A stretch of DNA of 64,000 nucleotides from Flavobacteriales bacterium (GCA_947463385.1 CANHSL010000003.1:658-64657), one strand, 5' to 3'. Positions 28,301 through 40,980 are shown, numbered from the stretch's first letter. Program-made: numbers and translations. Notes: generated by a model not told the origin, from the letters alone.

Positions 28301-31132
28301 ATGAAACTAAAACTACTCACCATTGCACTCCTGTTTTGTGGCGTATTATTCTCTCAAAACTGGCAGTTTTTTATTGATTCGATTCCAACGCTATCATCAC
28401 CTAGAGCCTGTGATCTAACCAATGACGGAATCAAAGACATTGTGTTTGGTGGGGGTACGGATGGCGCATTTAGTAATAATGGAATTATGGCGGTAAATGG
28501 CGCCAACGGTGCCTTGTTATGGAAACGAGCTACTCGGAATGAAGTATTTGGAAGCGCGGTATTTCAAGACATAACGAACGACGGTATAAAAGACGTGTTC
28601 ATGGTAGGCCGGCAAGCGCAATTATTAGCCATCAACGGGGCGAGCGGTGCCCTCTTATGGGATTTCTTTCCATACAACAACATTAATCCAGCAGACAGTG
28701 GGCTTTATAACTTTTATAATCCTCAGTTTATTGAAGACATCAATGGCGATGGTTTTTTAGACATATTAGTTTCCAATGGCGGAGACCATGCCGCACCCGC
28801 TTGGGATACAATTCGTCCGCCAGGACATCTGATGGTAGTCAATTCATTGAACGGACAAGTTATCGCGAAAGCTGTAGTGCCCGATAGTGCAGAAACGTAT
28901 TGCTCACCGTTGGTGGTGGATATTCAAGGCAATGGAGTTAAATGGGTGCTATACGGTACCGGAGGTGAAACACTAGGTGGAAGTTTTTGGGCTTGCCCAC
29001 TGAGTGATTTGTTAAATAATACCTTGGCTCCCTCCATTCAACTCGCTCACGATCCGAATTTAGGGTTTGTAGCGCCTGCTTCGATATACAAAACCAATAA
29101 CAATCAGTACAATATTTATATCCAATCTTATAGTGGGAAATTAATAAAAATTAAAGGGAGTAACCTCAGTGTGCATTGGAGCTATCAATTACCAAATACT
29201 GAATCCAGTGCAGAACCTGTTATTGGGAATTTTACAGGAAATAATCATCCTGATGTGTTTCTGTCCTTGGCCAAAGGGCAAAGTTCTGGGTATACCGACT
29301 ATTACCAAGTACTTCTCGATGGAGCTACAGGAAATGTAGTAATGAAGGACAGTATTGGACACCTTCAATTTGCCTCAGGAAACGCCATTGATTTAAACAA
29401 TGACGGAAGAGATGAAGCAATACTTGCCGTTAATTATATGGAGAATGGGTATTGGAAACACCGCTTGCAATCGTTTGATTTTGTAAACAATACCATTCAA
29501 GAAATTGTACCTGTTCACGCCGGAACAAATGTAGGTTCAACCCCTTTATTTACCAATCTGGACAATGACAACACCATAGATTTGGTCTACTTGGTGAAAA
29601 AAGACAGCTTAAATGTCATGGGATGGAAGGGCGTTTATGCATTTAGAACTGAATTAAACAGCAATTATCCAAATGCAGGATTAGCCTGGGGGAGTTACCT
29701 TGGTACGATGAATAACGGAGAATATCACAACACATCCATAGATTGCGGCGTTGGCAGCATTCTTTCTGGTGTGACCGTAACTCAACCCTGGTGCAACGGA
29801 ACAGCGAGTGGGGCAATCATTCCCAGTGCAACCCTAGGAACAGGACCTTATACCTATCTTTGGTCGAACGGAAGTTCAGCTCCACAACTTAACAACCTTG
29901 CTGCGGGAACCTATGTACTTCAAGTAACGGATGCTGTGGGATGTTACGAAACCTACACAGCCTATTTAACCGATCCATATGCTATTTCTTTTGGAGGTAT
30001 TTATCCTCCGACGTGTCCTGGTGGCACCAATGGGCAAGCAATCGTGAACAGCTCAGGATGTCCTTGCATGTTTAGTACCTGTGTGTTTTTGTGGGAAAAT
30101 GGCGTTACAACTAAGCCTAACAATGCGTTAGCAGAGGGATGGGCAACCATAACAATCACACATCCAAATGGTTGCGTGGTTGTCGACTCTGTACTCGTAC
30201 CCAATGCTGCGCCGGTAATTAGCCAGGCTGAATTAAACGATGTTACGTGTAATGGAAATAATGACGGTATGATACATGTGTATCCGGGCGGACCTGCACC
30301 CATAACATATTCATGGAGTAATGGATCAACCAGTGATTCACTTGGTTCGTTGAGCCCTGGAACCTACGTGTTAACGGTTTCCGATGCTAGGCCATGCTAT
30401 GACACCTTATCCTATACCATTAATGAGCCTCAACTCTTAGGGTTGACTACTCAGGTTACGCCACCTAGTTGTTGGAATAGTCAGGATGCACAGCTTAATA
30501 TACTTGCAACTGGAGGCGTTGGTGGGTATACCTATACCTCAAACGGGGTTGGAAGCTCCGCAATTATACAGGGGTTGGCTGCTGGGAGTTATTCATTGGT
30601 TGTAACCGACACTAACAACTGTTCAAGCACACCCCAAATTGTTCAGATTCAAGCGCCAAGCATGATGAATATCTCAATTTCCATAAACCCTGAATCAGCA
30701 CCCAATGCCCTAGATGGTATGGCAACAGCACACGTAACTGGCGGAACTGCTCCTTACACCTTTTTATGGTCAGATCCCAACCAGCAGAGTGACAGCTTGG
30801 CTGTTTATTTAACACAAGGTTGGTACAACGTTACTGTTACCGACGCTAACGGGTGTGAAATAAACGATAGTGTGTATATGGGTATATTAGAAAATGGTGA
30901 GACGGTGTTACCAGATTTAGGAATTTATCCAGTGCCTGCAAGCCAATGGATTCATCTCAATCAGCACGTAGACCATTGGGTGATTTATGATGCGGCCGGA
31001 AGAGCATTGTCTTCTGGTGAAGCGATTGATATTAACGTACATGATCTGCCAGATGCAGTATACCTTATAGACTGCCAAGTTCAAGGGGAATTATATCGAC
31101 TTAGATTTATTAAATCTGCTTTTGAAGAATAA
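28301..31132 (+). CDS. T9SS-secreted protein: FG-GAP/VCBS-like beta-propeller, SprB-type repeats, type A CTD
   Basis: Repeated D.N.DG..D loops; PYTYLWSNG..LAAGTY.L.VTDA.GC repeats; IYPVPA CTD; start set at MKLKLL. Confidence 0.85.
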   Translation: MKLKLLTIALLFCGVLFSQNWQFFIDSIPTLSSPRACDLTNDGIKDIVFGGGTDGAFSNNGIMAVNGANGALLWKRATRNEVFGSAVFQDITNDGIKDVFMVGRQAQLLAINGASGALLWDFFPYNNINPADSGLYNFYNPQFIEDINGDGFLDILVSNGGDHAAPAWDTIRPPGHLMVVNSLNGQVIAKAVVPDSAETYCSPLVVDIQGNGVKWVLYGTGGETLGGSFWACPLSDLLNNTLAPSIQLAHDPNLGFVAPASIYKTNNNQYNIYIQSYSGKLIKIKGSNLSVHWSYQLPNTESSAEPVIGNFTGNNHPDVFLSLAKGQSSGYTDYYQVLLDGATGNVVMKDSIGHLQFASGNAIDLNNDGRDEAILAVNYMENGYWKHRLQSFDFVNNTIQEIVPVHAGTNVGSTPLFTNLDNDNTIDLVYLVKKDSLNVMGWKGVYAFRTELNSNYPNAGLAWGSYLGTMNNGEYHNTSIDCGVGSILSGVTVTQPWCNGTASGAIIPSATLGTGPYTYLWSNGSSAPQLNNLAAGTYVLQVTDAVGCYETYTAYLTDPYAISFGGIYPPTCPGGTNGQAIVNSSGCPCMFSTCVFLWENGVTTKPNNALAEGWATITITHPNGCVVVDSVLVPNAAPVISQAELNDVTCNGNNDGMIHVYPGGPAPITYSWSNGSTSDSLGSLSPGTYVLTVSDARPCYDTLSYTINEPQLLGLTTQVTPPSCWNSQDAQLNILATGGVGGYTYTSNGVGSSAIIQGLAAGSYSLVVTDTNNCSSTPQIVQIQAPSMMNISISINPESAPNALDGMATAHVTGGTAPYTFLWSDPNQQSDSLAVYLTQGWYNVTVTDANGCEINDSVYMGILENGETVLPDLGIYPVPASQWIHLNQHVDHWVIYDAAGRALSSGEAIDINVHDLPDAVYLIDCQVQGELYRLRFIKSAFEE

Positions 31133-31134
31133 CA

Positions 31135-32820
31135 ATGAAGGGTATATTCCTCTTATTTGTAATCTTAGGTACGCTAATCTACTCATGTTCTTTAAACGAT
31201 TCAAGAGTGGCAAAGGGGGGGAAGGCCGTTTATGGCGACACCGTTAACTTATCCATTCCAGAACCTATACAAACACTTCACCCCTTATATAATTCAGATT
31301 TATATGCGCACCGAATAATTAGTAATATTTTCGAACCGCTGTTTGACCTTGATGGAAAGTCAAATGAAATAGTTCCACGTGTTGCAGCATCATTCATTTG
31401 GAAAAAAGACCATACCGTTCTACGTGTTTACATAAGAAAAGGAATTCTTTTTCATGAGGATGCATGCTTCAATGGAGGTAACGCGGAGCTTACCGCATCT
31501 GATGTTAAATTCACCCTTGAAATGGCCTGTTCTCAGAATGATATTAATCAATCAAATGATGCGCTAATTGGTAAAATAAAGGGGGCAGATGTTTTCTTTA
31601 AAAACAAAGAGATTAACTCAATTTCTGGGATTCGCATTGTAAATTCACATTGCTTAGATATTGAATTGAATGGGAAATATGCGCACTTCCCACAATTACT
31701 GACTAGTTCTAAGTATGGCATATGTTCTAAAGTTGCCTATACACATTATAAAAAGGAAATCATTAATCATCCCATAGGAACCGGACCATTTCAATTATCT
31801 CAGATAAGCAACGCACAAGTCTTACTTAGCTATAATCCCTTATATTGGCAAAAAGATGCTTTTGGAAATGCATTGCCATATCTTAATGCATTAAAATTCA
31901 AGGTAATTTCAAGTGAAAAAAATGATGTGCTGGCGTTTAAAAATCAAAAATCCGATATGATCAGTGAAGTTTCTCCACAGCACATTGATGATATATTATT
32001 CGATCTGAATACTGTACGACTAAAGAAACCCTTTGCTCATAAAGTAATGGTTATTCCTGGCAGTAGGGTCTCTATGATGGTGCTAAATCAACACTATGAA
32101 TGTTTCAAAGATCCTAGAGTAAGAAAAGCCATAGATTTGGTAATCGATCGCGAAATTATTGCCAATGAACTTATGAATGGGGATGGAATTCCTGCAAAAC
32201 AAGGCTTTGCTCCGCCATCTTCCTATTATAACAACAATGAACTTCCTAAAAAACCCGTAGATGTGGTGCTCGCCAAACAACTATTTAGGGAGGCAGGATA
32301 CGGTCCAAATCACCCGTTTCCCGACATAAATCTTTACATAGCTGGGAATAATTCACAACAAGCCAAGATATATTGTCAATACATTGCTAAGCAATTAAAT
32401 ACTGTATTTGGGATTCAAACCACAATACACGAGGTGGATTTAGCTACGAGATACAAAGCCGTTGTTTCTAATAAGGCGGCCATATGGAAACTCGGTTGGT
32501 CGCCAGACTACCCAGATCCGGAGGCATATTTTGGCTTATTTTACAGTAAAAATCCAACCAATAAAAATCAAAACCCGATGTTTCCCAAAGTGAATTCTGC
32601 CATTTATGACTTCAACTTTAGCATGGGAATGGAAGAATCGGATAATGGGCTGCGCAATAATTATTTCACAACCTGTGATTTAATTTTACAAGAAGAGCAT
32701 TGGGTTTTACCTATATTATATGAAGACTTTGTATTTGTGTATAACTTAAAAATGCGTGGTATTAAGATAAGTCAAATCGGATTGTTTGATTTTACAGAAA
32801 CCTATATTAAGCCCCTTTAA
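31135..32820 (+). CDS. Family 5 (OppA/DppA-like) solute-binding lipoprotein
   Basis: Lipobox IYSC; LTASDVKFT, PIGTGPF, DPRVRKAI, WSPDYPDPE. Confidence 0.88.
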   Translation: MKGIFLLFVILGTLIYSCSLNDSRVAKGGKAVYGDTVNLSIPEPIQTLHPLYNSDLYAHRIISNIFEPLFDLDGKSNEIVPRVAASFIWKKDHTVLRVYIRKGILFHEDACFNGGNAELTASDVKFTLEMACSQNDINQSNDALIGKIKGADVFFKNKEINSISGIRIVNSHCLDIELNGKYAHFPQLLTSSKYGICSKVAYTHYKKEIINHPIGTGPFQLSQISNAQVLLSYNPLYWQKDAFGNALPYLNALKFKVISSEKNDVLAFKNQKSDMISEVSPQHIDDILFDLNTVRLKKPFAHKVMVIPGSRVSMMVLNQHYECFKDPRVRKAIDLVIDREIIANELMNGDGIPAKQGFAPPSSYYNNNELPKKPVDVVLAKQLFREAGYGPNHPFPDINLYIAGNNSQQAKIYCQYIAKQLNTVFGIQTTIHEVDLATRYKAVVSNKAAIWKLGWSPDYPDPEAYFGLFYSKNPTNKNQNPMFPKVNSAIYDFNFSMGMEESDNGLRNNYFTTCDLILQEEHWVLPILYEDFVFVYNLKMRGIKISQIGLFDFTETYIKPL

Positions 32821-33775
32821 GGATCTCTCTAATTTGGTCTTCTACCCAACCCTTGCCCCATTGATCTATTTCCTCGGCAGTCCATAAGCTTGGATAAAAA
32901 ATACGTTTTTGAAATTTTGGAGGCAAATACTTTTGCCAATTGGTTCCTCCCGTTGCTGCAACATCTACATCTTTTCTTGATAGGTAACGAACTGCTGATT
33001 TGTAATGCGCTAGAGGCCAAAATACGTTAACGTTCAAATCATTCGTGCGCAGCACCTTTTTCACCTCTTCATCGGCTTGATCTGCTTCTGATAAATTCAA
33101 ATATACTTGCCATAGGTTGCGTGATTTACAATGCTTCCCTAGGGCAATAAACGAATGCTCATACTTCTCCTCAAATTGAGTAAGGGTTAGGGTTTTATTC
33201 CCAGTTTCAATTTCAGTGGCGCCGTATTTCCAATAAATCTGTTCATACATAGCTTCTATCGAGGCATTTGAATCAAAGGTTGAACGCACATCACGTGCAA
33301 CCAAATTGATGAAATCTGTACTATAAATTTCGATTTCACGGTATTGCGCCGATTGAAAACCACTTGCTGGCAACAGGGACATTCTAAACTTCAAGAACTC
33401 ATCTCGGTCCATGCCGTCAACCATAATCGAAAAACTTTTTACCAGGGCCTCAAAATATCGATTAATACGCGTTACTCTATCTATAAAATGTGCTTTTGTT
33501 GGGGTTTCGATTTCACCTAATGCCTTAAATTCCTGAAGAACCAATTTGAAATAAAGCTCCGTGATCTGATGGTAAACTATAAAGACAAGCTCATCAGGAA
33601 ACTTTGTTTTTGGTTTTTGAAGGCTTAGTAAGGTGTCCAATTCTATATAATCCCAATACGTTGTGACATCGGCATACAGTAAGCCATCTAAATAAGAAAT
33701 TAAATCCTGTCCAATGGCCTGATATTTCGCGTTGAGTAATTCGAGCCGATCATGAAGTTCTTTTGATATTTCCAT
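32807..33775 (-). CDS. kynA: Tryptophan 2,3-dioxygenase family protein
   Basis: YWDYIELDTLLSLQ, FIVYHQITELYFK, PASGFQSAQYREIE, ATGGT. Confidence 0.88.
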   Translation of the reverse strand: MEISKELHDRLELLNAKYQAIGQDLISYLDGLLYADVTTYWDYIELDTLLSLQKPKTKFPDELVFIVYHQITELYFKLVLQEFKALGEIETPTKAHFIDRVTRINRYFEALVKSFSIMVDGMDRDEFLKFRMSLLPASGFQSAQYREIEIYSTDFINLVARDVRSTFDSNASIEAMYEQIYWKYGATEIETGNKTLTLTQFEEKYEHSFIALGKHCKSRNLWQVYLNLSEADQADEEVKKVLRTNDLNVNVFWPLAHYKSAVRYLSRKDVDVAATGGTNWQKYLPPKFQKRIFYPSLWTAEEIDQWGKGWVEDQIREILKGA

Positions 33776-33796
33776 TTTACGCGGTTTGTTCGGTTA

Positions 33797-34624
33797 CTAA
33801 TTTAATTGAATATGTGCTGCACGCAAGGGTTGTCCGAAGATTTCGCTGGCGTGTTCGTTAAAATAATCACTACTTTCTGTCGTATAGCAAGCAAGGGTCG
33901 CGCCCCGCGTTAACCGTTTTTCTATTTCTGGATGTCTGATTAAATAATCCTTGAGTTTTTCAGCAACCAAGGGGCCCTGAGAAAGCACCGTAACTCCCGA
34001 AGGGACCAAGGAGTCTATTAGAGACTTCAATATAGGATAATGGGTACACGCTAAGACAATAACATCAATTTCATGGTTTTGATCAAAGAGCCGTTTGATA
34101 TCAGATGCAATTATTAGTTTACCTGCTGCTGAATCATACGCTTGTTCCTCAATCAAAGGAACCCAAAGCGGACAGGCTTGCTGTATAACCGTTGTCTTTG
34201 GACTCAGCTTAGCCAATTCAATACCATATGAATTAGAGTTGACCGTACCTTCTGTTCCTAAAATACCTACTACACCAGTGCGTGATAACGATCCAATTTC
34301 CTCTGTGCTTGGTCTAATTACTCCAAGCACACGCTTTGTTGGTGCAATAATCGGTAAGTCTTTTTGTTGAATGGTTCGTAATGCTTTAGCAGAAGCGGTG
34401 TTGCATGCCAAAATCACCAGTTCACACCCCTGATCGAATAAATACTTTACCCCCTCTAAGGTATACTCATAAATTAAGTCAAAGGATTTATTGCCATAAG
34501 GTGCTCGGGCATTATCGCCCAAGTATACATAATCATACATCGGAAATGTATCAACAAATTCTCGCAATATGGTTAACCCACCGAAACCGGAATCAAAAAC
34601 GCCAATTTTCCCTGTCCTTTCCAC
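33797..34624 (-). CDS. murI: Glutamate racemase
   Basis: GVFDSGFGGL, ACNTAS, LACTHYP; GTG start at 34624 lies downstream of the skp terminator. Confidence 0.95.
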   Translation of the reverse strand: MERTGKIGVFDSGFGGLTILREFVDTFPMYDYVYLGDNARAPYGNKSFDLIYEYTLEGVKYLFDQGCELVILACNTASAKALRTIQQKDLPIIAPTKRVLGVIRPSTEEIGSLSRTGVVGILGTEGTVNSNSYGIELAKLSPKTTVIQQACPLWVPLIEEQAYDSAAGKLIIASDIKRLFDQNHEIDVIVLACTHYPILKSLIDSLVPSGVTVLSQGPLVAEKLKDYLIRHPEIEKRLTRGATLACYTTESSDYFNEHASEIFGQPLRAAHIQLN

Positions 34625-34637
34625 AAAATAAAGGTAT

Positions 34638-34661
34638 AAAAAAAGGGGCAATAGCCCCTTT
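34638..34661 (-). terminator. Intrinsic terminator after the skp genes
   Basis: AAAGGGGC-TATT-GCCCCTTTTTTT on the minus strand. Confidence 0.85.
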
Positions 34662-34678
34662 AAATTCTATATGAGTAA

Positions 34679-35194
34679 TTACTTCTTCATGGCTTCGGCA
34701 TCTAAACGAGCCAATTCAGCCTTAACTTCCATAGTAATGTCAATTCCAGTTTTCGAGTACAACAACTTTGAAACATCCAACACATAATTTACCTTTTTTC
34801 GATCTGCAACTATTTCCACTGCTTTTTGAAGTCTATCAAGGATTGGTTGATTATACTCATTTGCCAGGGTTTGAAGTTGTTGTTGAAGCAAGGATTGCGT
34901 TTGCTGGTAACGTTGCTCTAATCCCATGATCTTCTCTTGTTCAATTTTTAGCATGGTTGGGGTTAAATCACCTTTTATACCATCTAAGCGAACATACGCA
35001 TCATTGATTTGCTTTTCTAAAACAGACAACTCCGCTACACCATCGTCCTGAAATTTCTTCAAATCAGACTCCGCTTTCAAATAAGATGGCAATGAATCCA
35101 ACAAGCTCTGTGAATTCACATGAGCAATTTTCATTTGAGCATTTAAGGTCACAGTCATTAAGACGGTAGCAATAACTAATACAATTTGTTTCAT
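34679..35194 (-). CDS. skp: OmpH/Skp periplasmic chaperone
   Basis: KIAHVN, coiled coil, YVLD..LLY..DIT; follows bamA. Confidence 0.88.
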   Translation of the reverse strand: MKQIVLVIATVLMTVTLNAQMKIAHVNSQSLLDSLPSYLKAESDLKKFQDDGVAELSVLEKQINDAYVRLDGIKGDLTPTMLKIEQEKIMGLEQRYQQTQSLLQQQLQTLANEYNQPILDRLQKAVEIVADRKKVNYVLDVSKLLYSKTGIDITMEVKAELARLDAEAMKK

Positions 35195-35209
35195 ATTTAC
35201 GTGTTTAAT

Positions 35210-35728
35210 TTATTCTTTTGTAATTCCCATTTCTTCCAAAACAGTGTTGCTAATATCTGCTTCTTTATCGGCATAAATCAAATTACTTTGATTTGCCTTA
35301 TCAAAAACAAACGTATACCCTTCTGATTTAGCAACTTTCTTCATGGCTGTATAAATACGGTCTTGAATTGGTTTGATCAATTCTTGGCGTTTCATGAAAT
35401 AATCTCCATTTAACCCAAATCGTTGGGTCTGTAGTTCCAAGGTTTCCTTTTCCAATTTTTCTATTTCTGATTTTCGTTTTGCTTTTTCTTCTGCAGGCAA
35501 TAAAATCTCTTCCTTGTTAAAATTCTCTTTTTGCGATTTAATTACATTGAAGCGGTCTTCAATATCTTTTGTCCAAGTTTCTGCGAGTTTATCAAGTTTT
35601 GCTTTTGATTCCGCATATTCTGGGATGCTATTCAACATATAATCAGAATCTATGAAGGCAAAAGACTGAGCGTTTACTTTTGTAAACAGGGCCATCATCA
35701 GGAAAATAACTACGTGCAATGATTTCAT
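35210..35728 (-). CDS. skp: OmpH/Skp periplasmic chaperone
   Basis: FAFIDSDYML..IPEY, KRQELIKPIQD, FVFDK. Confidence 0.9.
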   Translation of the reverse strand: MKSLHVVIFLMMALFTKVNAQSFAFIDSDYMLNSIPEYAESKAKLDKLAETWTKDIEDRFNVIKSQKENFNKEEILLPAEEKAKRKSEIEKLEKETLELQTQRFGLNGDYFMKRQELIKPIQDRIYTAMKKVAKSEGYTFVFDKANQSNLIYADKEADISNTVLEEMGITKE

Positions 35729-35777
35729 GTGTGTTTTTTGACTGCGAACGGCGAATTTACAATAATATTATCAAATT

Positions 35778-38315
35778 TTACAATTCACCAAGGTTCATGC
35801 CAATCGTGAAACTTAGCTTTGGATAAAATCCTTTAGTTGTAATCGAGGCATCGGATGGACCGTTATATCCAGAGCCCCAAGAATCTAATTTATCAAAGCC
35901 CAAGCCATAATCAAGGCCTAACATTCCGAACATTGGTAGAAAAACTCGAATTCCAACTCCTGCCGCTCGTTTCACGTTGAATGGGTTAAAGTTTTTCAAA
36001 TCTGGAAAGGTGTTTCCGGCTTCTAAAAATCCGGTAACATAAAATGTTGCTTGTGGATTTAATGAAATCGGATAACGTAATTCAAGTGTATATTTTGCAA
36101 TGATCGGATCGGATCCACCCGATGAAATCGCTTGATCTTCATATCCGCGAAGGGCAATAATTTCACGTCCTCCAAGCTGGTTAACACCTGTTAATCCACT
36201 TCCCCCCATCGTAAATCGATCGAATGGCGTAACTCCTTTCGCTGCTGTGTAAGCCCCTATATAACCAAAACCAAAGCGTGGCATTAGGACAAGCTTCCTA
36301 TTGGCCGTTAGAGGTAAATACCATTCCCCTGTAAATTTAAACTTGAAGTATTCTAGATATAGATACTTTTCAGCGATGGACATTGTTGAATAATCTAGCC
36401 CTTTTTGGAAATAGGAATAAGGCAAGGATGATTTCGCGGTAAACGTAAAATTCGATCCGCTCTGTGGGTAAATCGGTGCGCTAACCGAAGAACGTTGTAG
36501 TACATATTTCAATGCGATATCGTTAGAATATCCTTTAGGAAATAATGGGAACCTGAAATCATTCACAACATCATAATACTGATAACTCAATTCATAATAC
36601 GCGGTAAAGTAGTCGTCTGGGAATTTTTTTCTTCGTTGTAGTCCTACCCCAACCCCTGTAATTGAAATTCCATTGTAAGCCGGGTTAGTTCGTATAAATC
36701 CATTGGATGATAATGCCGTATTATTTAACCAAAAAGACAGCGCATTTGGTTTTTTACCTCCCAACCATGGTTCTGTAAAAGAGAAGGTATAGCCTTGATA
36801 AAATCGCCCATTCGATTGAGCTCGAATCGAAAGGCGTTGACCATCTCCACCTGGAAGCGGAGACCATGCAGATTTTTTGAAAAAATTCTTCGTGGAAAAA
36901 TTATTAAATGTTAGGCCAAGCGTTCCAATTACGCGACCAGATCCTGTTGGACCGGCGCCACCATATCCACCTGATAATTCAATTTGATCGGAAGATTTTT
37001 CTTCTACAACATATTGAATATCAACCGTTCCTTTTTCTGGGTTTGGCATGGGATTAACCTTCATGGTTTGATCGTTGAAAAATCCGAGCTGAGATAACTC
37101 GCGCTGCGTCCGCATGATATCCTCCTTATTAAACAAATCCCCCGGTTTCGTTCGGATTTCACGATAAATCACCTGATCGTTGGTTTTAGTATTACCAATA
37201 ACCGTTATCTCTCCGTATCTGGCTTCTTTTCCCTCATAAATTCTAAATTGATAATTGATGAAATTACCTGTAACGCCTGTTTCTACGGGATAAATTTGAA
37301 AAAACAAGTGTCCCTTATTCATATATAAGGAATTAATATCCCTTCCGTCCTCTCCTCCGTTCAAGCGTTTGTCTAGCAGTGTTTTATTGTATACATCGCC
37401 TTTTTTAATGCCAATTACTGAATCAAGAAAACTGGAACGGTATTTACTGTTGCCGTACCACTCAAAATCACCAAAATAATATTTACTTCCCTCATTAATT
37501 GTAATGCGTATAATTAAGTTCTTCGGGTCTTGAAAATACACCGTATCGCTTACGATATGTGCATCTCGTAATCCAGCGGCATAAAACTTTTCAATCAGTG
37601 CTTTTTTATCCTTTTCATAGGTAGATACCGTATACTTTGATCGTTTGAATATTCGCAATATAGACTTCTTTTTTGTGTCTTTCATTGCCATATAAAGTTT
37701 CCACGTTGCCACACTTTCCGCACCGTCAAGTTGAATTTCTTTGATCCCCACTTTTTCACCCCGTTCAATATTGATGACAAAAATCTCGGAATCATTCATT
37801 ATCGTATCCTTTATCCGTGTAATATCTGCAGAGACCGAATAAAATCCCTTTTCTCTAAAATATCCTCGAATTTTTGCATCGGTTTGAAACAATAAATTTT
37901 CTGTAATGGTTTTTCCTGAGAACAAATCTAACTCCTCTCGAAGCTTATCGGCCTCACGCTTCGGGATTCCTCTGAACTTAAAATGAGACAATTTAGGTCG
38001 TGCCTTTAAATGAATCGATAAATACACTACGCCTTGAATTTCCTTGTCTAAAACAATTGAAATATCAGAGAATAATTCCTCTTCCCAAAGGTTTCTTATC
38101 GCTTTACTCAGTTGATCGCCCGGAATCGTGATTTTCTGTCCTTGTCTAAGCCCCGCAACAGCTTTTATCGCTTGCTGGTCAAAATTATCGGCCCCTACAA
38201 CACGTACTGGCCCAATTTCATATTCCGTAGGAACGGAAAAATCTGACGTGTTATTAATAAATTGACCAAACACAGTGGAACAACAGATCAAGAATATATA
38301 TGCTAAAATTCTCAT
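35778..38315 (-). CDS. bamA: Outer membrane protein assembly factor BamA
   Basis: POTRA repeats, GNTKTNDQVIYRE, LRGY motif, C-terminal barrel; uppS-bamA-skp synteny. Confidence 0.93.
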   Translation of the reverse strand: MRILAYIFLICCSTVFGQFINNTSDFSVPTEYEIGPVRVVGADNFDQQAIKAVAGLRQGQKITIPGDQLSKAIRNLWEEELFSDISIVLDKEIQGVVYLSIHLKARPKLSHFKFRGIPKREADKLREELDLFSGKTITENLLFQTDAKIRGYFREKGFYSVSADITRIKDTIMNDSEIFVINIERGEKVGIKEIQLDGAESVATWKLYMAMKDTKKKSILRIFKRSKYTVSTYEKDKKALIEKFYAAGLRDAHIVSDTVYFQDPKNLIIRITINEGSKYYFGDFEWYGNSKYRSSFLDSVIGIKKGDVYNKTLLDKRLNGGEDGRDINSLYMNKGHLFFQIYPVETGVTGNFINYQFRIYEGKEARYGEITVIGNTKTNDQVIYREIRTKPGDLFNKEDIMRTQRELSQLGFFNDQTMKVNPMPNPEKGTVDIQYVVEEKSSDQIELSGGYGGAGPTGSGRVIGTLGLTFNNFSTKNFFKKSAWSPLPGGDGQRLSIRAQSNGRFYQGYTFSFTEPWLGGKKPNALSFWLNNTALSSNGFIRTNPAYNGISITGVGVGLQRRKKFPDDYFTAYYELSYQYYDVVNDFRFPLFPKGYSNDIALKYVLQRSSVSAPIYPQSGSNFTFTAKSSLPYSYFQKGLDYSTMSIAEKYLYLEYFKFKFTGEWYLPLTANRKLVLMPRFGFGYIGAYTAAKGVTPFDRFTMGGSGLTGVNQLGGREIIALRGYEDQAISSGGSDPIIAKYTLELRYPISLNPQATFYVTGFLEAGNTFPDLKNFNPFNVKRAAGVGIRVFLPMFGMLGLDYGLGFDKLDSWGSGYNGPSDASITTKGFYPKLSFTIGMNLGEL

Positions 38316-39055
38316 TTCTCTAAAATTACTTGTTCTGAAGTTTTTCCAAAGCGGCGCTCCCTACGTTGATAATCATAGATTGCTTCCACTAAATGTTCTC
38401 TACGGAATTCTGGCCAAAACACAGGGGTAAAATGCAGTTCGGCATACGCCAATTGCCAAAGTAAAAAATTACTTACGCGGTGTTCTCCGCTGGTTCGGAT
38501 AACAAGTTCTGGGTCGGGTATATTGGCTGTATACAACGCCTGTTGAAACTCCTGTAAATTGATATCATCAAGGGCTAACGATCCATCAAGCACCCGTTGA
38601 ACTATTTTTTTTGTTGCCGAAACGATTTCTTCCCTGGAAGAATAATTAAGCGCTAGAATCAGATTAATTTTATCGTTTTTTGCTGTTGAATTAACAGCAT
38701 CCGTTAAACTATCTATACAGGCAGAAGGCAGTCGGCTCACATCGCCAATGGTTGAGAATCTTACACCACGCTCATTTAACGCCGGTAATTCTCCGTGAAT
38801 AGAGGCCACTAATAATTCCATCAAGCCATCTATCTCCTGTTGTGGTCTACCCCAATTTTCTGCTGAGAATGCATATAAGGTTAAATGTTTAACGCCGAAT
38901 TCAACTGCAGCCTTTAGTGTTTCACGAACGGAATCCACGCCACTTGAATGGCCATATAATCGATCTTGCCCTTTCGCTCTTGCCCACCGACCATTTCCAT
39001 CCATAATGATTGCAATATGCTTGGGAATATTTGATGAATCTAATTGCTTTGGCAC
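38312..39055 (-). CDS. uppS: Undecaprenyl diphosphate synthase
   Basis: HIAIIMDGNGRWA, IRTSGEHRVSNFLLWQ, RERRFG. Confidence 0.96.
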   Translation of the reverse strand: MPKQLDSSNIPKHIAIIMDGNGRWARAKGQDRLYGHSSGVDSVRETLKAAVEFGVKHLTLYAFSAENWGRPQQEIDGLMELLVASIHGELPALNERGVRFSTIGDVSRLPSACIDSLTDAVNSTAKNDKINLILALNYSSREEIVSATKKIVQRVLDGSLALDDINLQEFQQALYTANIPDPELVIRTSGEHRVSNFLLWQLAYAELHFTPVFWPEFRREHLVEAIYDYQRRERRFGKTSEQVILEK

Positions 39056-39140
39056 CTTATTTATGGTTTATTTTACACGAATATAAAGAAAGTAAGGCGC
39101 TTGACCCAACACAAAGAACAAGTTAACATGTCTTAACAGC

Positions 39141-39418
39141 CTAGTCAGCTAATAAAACAATTTTGTCACCAAGCATTTCAGCAACACCCCCGTTTATTTC
39201 AAAACTGAATTTATTAGGCTCGGTTGTTTTAGTTAATTTTTCTGTTATTTCAGGAGTGACCTGAGCAACATCTATAATCACTGTACCAGCCTTCAGTGCC
39301 GAAATGATTGCCGCGTGACCATTTAATACTTGAAGTTCACCTTCAATTCCTGGCATTTTAACAGCATCTACCGCGCCATGAAAAACAAGGGCCTCTGGAG
39401 TTAGGATATCTAGAATCA

Positions 39419-39419
<1 letters not shown>
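39141..39419 (-). CDS. atpC: ATP synthase F1 epsilon subunit (short Bacteroidetes type)
   Basis: ILTPE..F.G, PG..G..QVL.GHA.IIS; directly after atpD. Confidence 0.92.
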
Positions 39420-40954
<1,535 letters not shown>

Positions 40955-40980
40955 TTAAATTAATCCGAATGCAAAAATAA

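Noticed and set aside
31135..32820. AT-rich composition suggesting a genomic island
   Set aside because: No mobility genes or boundary repeats on this side, and the shift could not be quantified
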